Source: Macrostomum hystrix (lineage: Eukaryota; Animalia; Platyhelminthes). From it: a stretch of 64,000 bases of DNA. The notes below the pieces were generated by a model. It did no database searches, had not been told where the DNA came from, and saw nothing but the letters and a program-made list of their open reading frames with translations. Positions 37,775 through 47,153 of the stretch are shown piece by piece. A program made the translations under genes and the position numbers. The stretch is from the NCBI GenBank assembly GCA_950097015.1, contig CATNEN010000001.1, positions 2,666,001 to 2,730,000 on the forward strand, in the 5' to 3' direction. Numbering within the stretch: position 1 is the stretch's first letter; each line of letters starts with the position of its first letter.

Positions 37775-37990
37775 ATCATTATCCTAATAGGTTTCATCTT
37801 GATTCTAACAGGTGTCATCCTGATTCTAACAGGTGTCATCCTGATTCTTACAGGTATCATCCTGATTCTAACAGGTGCCATCCTGATTCTTACAGATGTC
37901 AGCCTTATTCTAACAGTTGTCATTCTGATTCTAACAGGTGTCATCCAGATTTTTACAGGTGTCATCCCGATTCTAACAGACCTCATTTTA
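37775..37990. repeat. 21-bp minisatellite (CTGATTCTAACAGGTGTCATC)
   Basis: About 10 tandem units. Confidence 0.92.
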
Positions 37991-38096
37991 TTTCTCTTCT
38001 CGTGTTACTTGTTAAAAACAAATGAAACAACTAAATTTCCATTTCCAATAGTTCCGAAGTGAGTTTCTGAGAAAAAAATCCCAGCCAGCAGCCCTC

Positions 38097-39277
38097 CTAA
38101 ATGCAGAAAACATCCGACGCCAGCAGCTGGATGACTACGAACCCCTGCTCTCTGTCAGCATTGCCACCGCTGGTGGCGGCGCAGCTGCCGAACGCGCCGC
38201 CGCAGTGAGCGTAGGCACCTCCGGCGCCGCCGCCGCCGCCGCCGCCACCAGGTCTACGCATACGCCACCCCCGAAGCCGCCGAACCCCGTGCCGCCGAGG
38301 CCAGCCCGTCCGCCGAGCCATTCAATGTCCTGCGGAGCGCTACCGCCGATGCCGGTGCCAAATCCGTCGACGCCATCGCAGGAGCCAGCTCGACTAAAGA
38401 GCCCCCGACCGAGCCAGCCGGCGCCGCAGCCGCCGATGCAGCCGTCAGTGAGCACAGTCTGAGTGGCGTTGCAGTCGGGCTGCCCAGCTTGGCCACCGTA
38501 GCCTGTGTAGGTCGGGTTGCCTCCGGCGGAGTCGCTGCCGGCAGGCTCCGATGCACCGGGTTTACCTGTTGGAGAGGTGACAGAGTAATATTAGAATAAT
38601 AAAAAGAATAAGGGCAGGAGGCCTGTGGGCACTGGCAATTATTCGGAGGCAGTTCTACCATTCTGGGCAGTACATCTGCCCTGACTTTTTCTCATCGTCA
38701 GGCGGTCTACACTCTCACTGTGCCTTGGAGATTGGCTCTAGGGGGGCGTAAATTGCGCGACAAGTCCCCAAGCAAGTGTCACGAATCAGGCGGCAAGCGG
38801 CCCAGCAATCGAATTCAAGGACCTTGGTGCGTGTGAAAGGCAAACGCATTGGACCGATAGATTATTTCCAATTAAAACTTGATAAAAAGCAAACAAAGAA
38901 TGAATTTACTTTAATAAGAAGTAATATATGGAATATTAACAAATAGTACCATGGCAGTAGGACGAAGCACCACCGCCGCCACCAGCCGCCATGTAAAGCA
39001 GCCGATGCCCGCCAGAGGAGGCCTGGCCATAGACGAAGCTGCCGCCGCCAGCGCCAACTCGATAGCCGCAGCCGGGACTGCCGGCTTGGCCGACAAGGAC
39101 AAACAGCTGCGCTCTAACGGTGAGGTTGAAAATGCCAGACATAATTGCAACGTTGCCACCCAGCTTGCTGCCGTCGTAAGTCGCCGCCTCTGGCGCCGGC
39201 AACGCCGATGCGGTAGCAACCGCTGAAGCTGATCACCATCGATTGGACGGAGCCATTGGCGCCGACGCTTATGTCTA
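38097..39277 (-). pseudogene. ALK/LTK-type glycine-rich domain protein with two frameshifts; exons ~39277-38950 and 38565-38097
   Basis: SVQSMVISFSGCYRIGVAGARGG / GGNVAIMSGIFNL..LFVLVGQAG..GAGGGSFV..LLYMAAGGGGG, GAGW, GFGGFGGG, QGFVVIQLL follow the Gly-rich domain pattern. The frame changes after GARGG and again near GGFGGG. Confidence 0.7.
38666..38857 (-). mobile_element. SINE family A, 5' half, inside the Gly-rich gene intron
   Basis: Reverse complement matches ttggggacttgtcgcgcaatttacgccc..ctccaaggcacagtgagagtg..ctgacgatgagaaaaagtcagggcag. Confidence 0.7.
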
Positions 39278-39311
39278 CCGGAAAAAAATTAATTAATAAT
39301 AATAACAGCTG

Positions 39312-39450
39312 TGTTAGCGTGTGCCTGCGTACAGTATCTGTGTGCGTGTGTGCTCAGGAGTCAGCGAAATGGGCAGAACTGCCTCCTCGCTGGCTGCAGG
39401 TCTAGTGTCACCAAATGGTGTGCGATTGCCCGCAACCCTCCTGCAGTTAT
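39312..39450 (+). mobile_element. SINE family A, 3' half
   Basis: gtgtgcctgcgtacagtatctgtgtgc..gcctcctcgctggctgcaggtctagtgtcacc..cctgcag. Confidence 0.8.
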
Positions 39451-40743
39451 ATAGTTATTTGAGTCGTTAGTTTGAGTTTATATTTACTTTAGTTTTCTTT
39501 AAATTTTTTAGAAACGAGCGTATGCGCTTGTCTATGTTGCTGAGACAAATCATTGTGGAAGAAGGCAATCGACATCTATAGCTAGCATCTATAGAATCTA
39601 CCCGACAGTAGACCCGCAGCCGGCGAGGATGCAATTCTGCCCATTCTACAGGGCACTACAGGGCACAAAATTCAGGCAGTATACAGGTGTTCACTCTCAC
39701 AGTGCCTTAGATATTTACAAGTCTGGAAAAATATGCACAAGTCTTAACAGTGTTTTAACTTAATACGAGTAATAATAATAATACTAACTTGTCTTTAACT
39801 TGTCTAAATACAAATACCGCTTTTTCGTGTTAAATTGAAGGAGACTTATAATGCCAGGCCAAAATGTCTGGCAATAGTACTACTACAATATAATATCAAC
39901 TGCTTGATCTTCAGACATTCAGGAAAAAACTGACAAACTACTATTTGCTTTGCTAAATCTCATCGCTGTTGCCACAGAGACATGCACGATATTTATATAT
40001 TTTATCAGCACCGCCCGTTCGAAATGTGAAAACTAAATCTCAAATTTCGCGTTTCTAACTGCAGAATTAAAAAATCAAACAACTTAATGTCGCAAGATGA
40101 CAGGGAAACCGCTGAAGCCCAGGCAACGTATATTAGAGACTTCTAAAATTGGAGAACAGCTGTCCTGAGGCCTAGGTACCATAGATATCAATGAATGAAC
40201 GCAAGTTTCATGAAAATAAAAAATTTAAATAATTTCTTGATGCTGCAGCAACATTTGGGACCCCCTAATGAGCTAAAAGAGTGACTCGCATGTAGTTTGT
40301 CCTCTGGACTTAATTAAAATCGGACACTAGCCAATCTATTCTAGCCATGCACCTTCATATTAAATAATTACCATGTATTGCATTGTGCTGAGAAAGTCCA
40401 GGGACTTTAATTACGCATGATCGAGGCCTTAGACTGTGGCGGAAACAACGTGGCTGTGAGGGCCAATTCTTTGACAAATTTACAAAACTTGATAACCTGC
40501 TTTCCAGAAATGCAGCATGCGCGAGAACAGACGGGATAGACATTGTGCAATGTAAAATGTACAAACTCTAAGAATAGCAGGTGCAAAAAAGAGACGAAAA
40601 GCGGTAAGGGTCCGAAGTTAGATAAGACAGAGAGATTGACCCGTGGCGCTATTTACAGTCTCGGGCTTAGCTCTACACCCAAACCTCAAATTAAACGAGA
40701 GAAAGGCAGAATCTTGTCTTCTAGACCAGCCAGTGCAGCATAA

Positions 40744-42701
40744 ATGATCGCAACGCTGTCAGTCGCGCTACTAGCGCTGCTGCTGGGACGTCACCTGCTG
40801 CAGCGTCTGCGGCGTCGTGGCCCTATCGGACTGCCACTTCTGGGCAGCCTTCCCTACATGATGTACCGGGCGGTTACGGAGCGCCACTTCCGCTGGTACC
40901 TGTTTATAGACGACATGCGCAAAAGCTACGGCGATGTGATTTCGTTGGTAGTCGGCACCCAGGAGTTTGTCGTGATCTCCGGCTACAAGAAGATCAAAGC
41001 GGCGCTTGTAGACCATGCTGATGTATTCTCGCATAGGCCGAACCACCCTTTCTACCAAGTGCTAAACCAGGGCCGCGGCCTGCTGTTCTCAGAAGGTACA
41101 CTGTGGCAGGATCAGCGAAGGTTCGCTCTGCGTGTGCTGCGTGACTTCGGCCTAGGCAGGAGTCTCTCGGAGCAGCAGATCCAGGTGGAGGCTCAGGAGC
41201 TCGCCAGGCACCTCAGCAACTGGAATGGAAAGGAGACAGATGTTAAGCGTGAGTCATCTGAAATTCAATGTAATTGGATTTGGACTCTATCAGCCTTCTT
41301 AAGAATAGTAGACAGCGATATTCAGACTCGAGAAAATATAAATTTAACGATAGCAAAACAAGAGCAGCCTGGCTTGCATTGCAGCACACATCACAAAGGC
41401 GGTTGTAAACGTTATTGCTAGCTTGGTATTTGCCCAACGCAGCGGATACGAAGACCCGAAGCTTGAGGAGTTTCTAGAGCACACGAAGGCCTTGACACAG
41501 GCTGGGCTGGACACTGTGCTCATGGTGTTCTTCCCCAATTTGCCCATTTCGCTCACATCGTTGTCGCCAAGCAGCAGCCGCATCCTACAGAGCGAGAAAT
41601 GGGTCATGGACTACTGTTCGGACAAGATCAATGGCATTAGTAAAAGCTATGACGAATCGAGCGAGCCGAACTGCTTTGTTGAAGCATTTCTGCGAGAGCA
41701 ACGACAGCGCCAGGCATCTGAGGAGGGCAGCGTTGGCAGCTTTGATAACAAGCAGCTGGTACGCACGGTGTTCGACTTGTACGTGGCAGGCAGCGACACG
41801 ACTGCCACCACACTGCGGTGGGCGCTGCTTTACAGTTGCTTCCATCCGGACCTGCAGGAGGCGTGTAGCGAGGAGATTTACTCTACAATCGGCGCTAGGG
41901 AGGCCAGCATGAAGGACAAACGGAGTCTGCACAAAGTGCAGGCGTTTCTTGACGAGACTCAACGGATGGCGAATCTGGTACCCCTAAGCGTTGAACACCG
42001 CGCACCCATGGTGAGCGAGCAGTCGTTTTTATACTTAAAAGTTACAAATCATTGCATGTGGTTTGAAGTCCCTCAACTTATTTCATTGAATATTATAACC
42101 TTAAAAAACAGAAAATATGCGTCGCTGGCGAAAATAAGTGTCGCTGTCTACTTATTCACTGGCTACAGATCCAGCTTATCAAACTATTCAGATTTTTTAC
42201 TATTATCAAAACGGGCATTAAACTCTTTTTGGAAGCAGGGGTAGTTACCGTCTTTACTACTCGTCACTAGTAGCTTGTGCGTGTGTAAACTGAAAAAGTC
42301 GCTAGTTTTCCGATTTCACCTCCACCAAGGCCACAGAGCTCGATGGCTTGCCCGTGTCACCCGAAAGTCTGGTGCTGCCTAACCTGTACTCGGTCCACAT
42401 GGACCCCGAGCTATTCCCGGATCCGCACAAGTTCAATCCAGACCGATTCATTGATCCGGAGACTGGGATGTACAAAGCAAGCGAGTTCCTGATCCCGTTC
42501 AGCGTTGGCAGACGGTCTTGCCTGGGCGAGACTCTGGCCAAGATGGAACTGTTCCTGTTCTTTGTGACTCTTCTGCAGAAATTTCGCTTCGAAGCGACCG
42601 AGGACTGCAGACTGCGGCGCGAGGAGATACTGCTGGGCCACGACGGTATTGTGAGGTCCCCAGCCGACCACAAACTGGTCGTGCACTGCCGCAAGCTGTG
42701 A
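40744..42701 (+). CDS. Cytochrome P450, CYP2 clan, ~500 aa; exons 40744-41248, 41385-42010, 42330-42701
   Basis: N-terminal TM plus GPIGLPLLG, WQDQRRFALRVLRDFGLG, I-helix AGSDTT, ETQR (ExxR), PDRF, haem motif FSVGRRSCLG; two in-phase GT..AG introns. Confidence 0.95.
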
Positions 42702-43029
42702 TTGATAAATAGCTCTTTAACGACAGGCAGAAATGACTACAACTTTACTAAAGTTTACTAAATTAAAATTCTCCGACAGGTTATACAACACTAAAAACAT
42801 TAAATTATTACTTTGATATTTGTTGCTATCTGATACCTCGTATACATCATTTTCGTTTACTTGTTAGCCAACGTTCCACGGAAATCGGGTTTAATAAATA
42901 GACACATTACTTACCATTCAAGCTCATTAATAAAACCTTTTGAGCACACCCTGTGATGAGTCTCGGATTTCCTAGCTTTGTGTGTGTCGGACTTGTCCAC
43001 AAATTAAGCGTAACTACGAGACTTTTCAA

Positions 43030-43181
43030 GGCTAGAAAAGCTTAACACGTCTGCCTCCCATACCACGGTCCCTAAGTTCGATTCCGCGGCGAGGCAACAT
43101 TAATTTGGGGCGCGAAGAGAAGGCTTGTCGAAGGAGAGGGGGCTTGTCGTGCAATTTACACCATTGAAGGCCAGCCTCCAA
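43030..43181 (+). mobile_element. SINE family A, 5' part, truncated next to the Gypsy element
   Basis: B box gttcgattcc, then gggcttgtcgtgcaattt..gaaggccagcctccaa. Confidence 0.65.
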
Positions 43182-43217
43182 TGAGTGGATTGAGTGGATG
43201 AGTTGAGTGGATTTCAT

Positions 43218-46200
43218 GTTAGTGTCTTCGGGTTATGTGGTTACCGTAGGGGCCATGTGCTGTCTGATGGATTTCTAGTATAAACGTGGCTTTTGGTGTC
43301 GCGGGAGGCCTGCTGGCAAGTACCTGAATCCGAAAGTGCCGCATAACTTTGATCAGTCTGACTTAGGTGAGGACCTGTTAGGGTGGCTGGGATCCGGAAT
43401 GAGTGTAACGACACGCGTGCCCGCGCCGCAAAGCTGTGCATAGTCTCTTGTTCGATCCTAAGGATGGGCTAGAATCTGGTCGGCACGGCTCTTTTAGTGT
43501 AAGGGGAGTCTTGGTTGGGCTAGTCTTAACCGAGCGAGGTCCCAGGCTTATGGATCCTGGATTTCACGGTCTCGTCAATTGCGAGGGAGAGCCCCTGGCA
43601 ATGCAGCCGGGAACCGATGACTCCGCTTTGCTCACTGCATCGCAGTGATTATTTATTACGGCCTAGAAACTTCTCCCTTATCGTTTTTTTGCGTTTAGGT
43701 GACGCAAGCTCGTCGTGCTCTTCTTTCTTCTTCCACGACCCCAGGTCGTGCCCTGACCATTGCTCAACCCCGCCTCCAATCTCTCCCCCATCGTCGCAGT
43801 TTAGCGGCAAACCCCCTTTTTCTAAGCAAAACCTTCATACCTCTTTTGGCTGAAAATGTCCGACCAGGGAGATGAGGTCGTCGAGGCAATCGGAACCCCC
43901 CGTCCAATTGGAGGTAGGGCTGTCTCCGCGGAGAGGTGTCAGGAATGGCGGCCCCTGTCCGCAACTGTGGCCACTGCCGCGCAGAAAGCAGACCATTGGA
44001 AGGCTCACCAGCACCTCCTTGCAATGTCGCATTTTTCCCAGTTTGTAAGGTCCGACTTGCAATTGTTCAGTCGTTCAGAGCATCCCCCGGTGGCAAGACA
44101 CTCGGTCGCCACCCAGACGGAAAGCGAACGTTCGCAGGTTGCCAAGCCTGCGAACAACTTTCGTATCCCGGTAGAGCCCTTTGACCGAGATCGTTCCGAC
44201 ATTGCCTCCTGGATGCTCCGGCTGGAGGCTAAGTTTTAGTTCGAGGAGGTCGAAGATGACAGGGCAAAGAACGTGATCTGCTATGGTCTGCTGCCGGAGG
44301 AGATGCAGTTGGAATGTCTTTTGACTGTCGACTTCGATGCACAATTCAGACACTTTCGGGGCAAGCTGCTAGACGGCTGCCAAGACTCCAGGTTGCTGGG
44401 CATAAGAGGCGCACGGTGGAACGCCAGCAACCACGTCCAGGAGAGACTCCCGAAGTGTTTTTAGTTCGGCTGAGGAAGCTCGTTGAGTGGGCTTGCGCTG
44501 AACAGCCAGAAGTCTGGCGGCAGAAGGAGCTCAAAAGGCTCTATCTGCAGAATGGGCACTTCGACTGGAAGTTTGCCGTCGAGGCTTTCTTAACGAAGGA
44601 CTGGACCCCAGAGGACACAGTGCTTGAGCAGAGGAGAGCTGAGGAGGCCAACCGCGTCGCGTACGAGATTGAGAGCGAGCGGCAGAGCTCAGCTTCGGAG
44701 AACACCTCGGTGTACCAGAGCTGCGCATCTCTGGTGGGCAGTCCACCTCAAGCCTCCACCTCCACCTCCACCTCGGTTAGGGCAGTAAACGCAGAGCACA
44801 ACTGCGACCCCGCGGGATTCCGCAACGGAGTGGACAAGGTGGAGGCGGGACACCAGCTGACGGCTGAGCAGAGAGCGCAGCTGGAGGACTTGCTGCGAGC
44901 CAACGCCGATCTTTTCGCCGATAAGGAGGAGGACTTGACTGTTACGGACGTGGTACGACACGAGATCACGCTGACCGATCCCCGGCCCGTGAAGTCGGCG
45001 CCACGGAGGATCCATCAGGACTACCTTGAGGAGGTACAGCAGATGGACAGGGACTGGCTGGAGACCGGGAAGGTCAGTCGCTCTTCCAGTCCGTACTGTT
45101 CGCCGCTGGTGTTGGTGAAGAAGAAGGGTGGCTCCCTGCGAGTTTGCATCGACTACCGTGAGCTCAACGAGCGAAGTGTGTCGGAGGTCACGCCGTTGCC
45201 GCGCATCGACGAGCTGCTGGCATCCTTGCACGGGTCGTCCTATTTCACTACCCTAGACCTAGACCACGCAGCGGGTACCACCAGTACAGCAGTTGAGTCA
45301 GGAGCAGCCGGACGGGACGGAGAGAGTCCTGGCTTATGGCAGCAAGGTCTTGACCGCTTCGCAGCGTAACTACTGCGTCACCAAGCTGGAAATGCTTAGC
45401 CTAGTCTACTTCACCAGGAAGTAACGATACTACTTACTGGGCCGCCATTTCTTTGTCCGAACCGACCACAGTTCTCTCCAGTGGCTGAAGAGTTTTAAGG
45501 AGCCCACTGGCATGTATGCTCGCTGGGAGCAGCACTTGTCGCTGTATGAATTCGATCTGGAGTACCGGAAGGGCAGCCTCCATACCAACGCCGACGCGTT
45601 GAGTCGTCGGCCCAGGCAGAGGCACGGCGATTGCCCCACTTGTCGCCCGCTGGAACCTAACAGTGAAGAGGAGAGCGAGGACGAAAGAATGGTGGTCAAC
45701 GCTGTCGTTGCACAGGCGAAAATGGACCCGCCACTGCTGCGCGAGGAGCTGTTGGCTTAGCAGGCTGCCGAAACACTGATCCGTTGGGTGACACAGGCGA
45801 AGGCCAACGGCCTGGCCGCCCCTGAACCAGCTACAGTCCCGAATTTGTCCGCCTCTGAGAAGGTCGCGCTGAAAAATATAGTGCCTTACTGCGATCTCCT
45901 AAGAGTAGAGGAGCAGCTGCTTAAGATCCAAGTGCACGCTCCTCCCCGGCCGTCGCTGTGGGTGCTTCCGGCGAGCCTCGACGAACAGGCCTTCCGGTCG
46001 TGTCACAACGGGAATTTAGCTGGGCACTTTGGACGTCAGAAGACCATCGCGCGCATCGCACAGCGGTTCTGGCAGCCAGTACTCCGCGCATCGATGGAAA
46101 GACTGTGCGCGCAATGTCACGCCTGCCTGTGTAGCAAAAACGGCCGCGGAACCCAGGCCCCGCCGCAGGAATAGGAGAAGAGCCCTAAGTAATCAAGAAT

Positions 46201-46768
46201 TCACCTAGATTTCGTCGGTCCCCTTTGCCGAGGAAGTCAGAGCATCCTCACCATCGTGGACAGTTACTCGGGCTGGATCGAGGCCTTTCCTGTAGCCAGT
46301 CAGACGGCTAAAGCAGTCACGCGAATTCTAGCCACGGAATTCGTTTCAAGGTTTGGAGTGCCCGACTGGATCCATAGTGATCAGGGAGTGCAGTTCGAAT
46401 CGCGCCACTTTCGCGACTTCTGTCGGAAGCTGGGCATTCGCAAGTCCAGAACCACGCCCTACCACCCACAAGGCAATGGCATGGCGGAGTCTCAGCATCG
46501 CATCTTGAAAACCTTGCTGACCGTGGCTGTGGGCCGCCATCCGGAATAGTGGAAGGCTCACCTGGCTACGTGTCTAGCCGCCACGAGGTCTGCCAAGCAC
46601 TCTTTGACGGGATTCTCACCGCTTTTCCTGGTGTACGGGCAAGAAGCCAGGCTGCCAGTGGAAGTGGCTTTTGGCGTGCCGGCCGAGGCACCCGCACCAC
46701 ACCAGTATGCGGAGCAGCTCCTACATAACATGGAAGAAGCGCAGGTGCAGCTGCAGGAGCAAAAGTAG
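43218..46768 (+). mobile_element. Decayed Ty3/Gypsy LTR retrotransposon (gag-like, partial RT, RNase H, integrase)
   Basis: SPYCSPLVLVKKKGGSLRVCIDYRELN..LPRIDELL..YFTTLDL (RT N-part); AYGSK..QRNYCVT..RTDHSSLQWL..EYRKGSLHTNADALSR (RNase H); HNGNLAGHFG..CHAC (IN zinc finger); VDSYSGWIEAFP, HSDQGVQF, TTPYHPQGNGMAE (IN core). Many stops; LTR boundary uncertain. Confidence 0.92.
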
Positions 46769-46970
46769 AGGTTTTCACTTCCATCCGAGTCATCACTGAA
46801 GAGACGAACCCGGCAGTTCTTTTCATCCCCTGGTGTCTGCCAAAAGACGATCAAGCTGTTGCTGTTGCACTTGCTGATGACCCCGAGCCACAGCGACTAG
46901 CAACCCTCTGCTTCGTTGGCATGAGTTTATCAGCCAGCATCCGTTACGACCAGCATGGTGACAGAGTCGT

Positions 46971-47036
46971 GTCGGTCAACGGAGGCCCCCTTCCCGAGGG
47001 GACCGATGTCGCAGCTTTACTGCGCAAAGTGCCTCC
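46971..47036 (+). ncRNA. HDV/CPEB3-like self-cleaving ribozyme
   Basis: P1 GTCGGTC/GACCGAT (G1.U wobble); P2 GGAGGC-C/GTGCCTCC; P3 CCC/GGG; L3 TTCCCGA; J1/4 GT; P4 CGCAG/CTGCG; J4/2 CAAA with catalytic C at 47025. Predicted cleavage is at the insertion junction. Confidence 0.85.
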
Positions 47037-47153
47037 ACCCACCGGATTTCGCCTCGGCGCCCGCACCCAGACCTTCGGGTTTTCGGGTGGGCAGCAGACC
47101 AACCCCGACGAGTCTCGCCGCCGTCTTCTACTGTCGGGGGACATTGAGCAAAA
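46971..47153 (+). mobile_element. Short non-LTR retroposon insertion (Ingi/L1Tc-like 5' end) with a 22-bp TSD
   Basis: ACCAGCATGGTGACAGAGTCGT is duplicated at 46949-46970 and 47154-47175. The insert starts with an HDV-like ribozyme and ends with codons LLLSGDIEQ plus a short A run. Confidence 0.85.

Noticed and set aside
1021-42701. Functional sensory cluster (stomatin + channel + P450)
   Set aside because: Adjacency alone is no evidence; genes are far apart with no visible shared regulation.
43845-43872. Primer-binding site for the Gypsy element (tggctgaaaatgtccgaccaggga)
   Set aside because: Only partial resemblance to a tRNA-Lys PBS, and no second LTR to fix the boundary.
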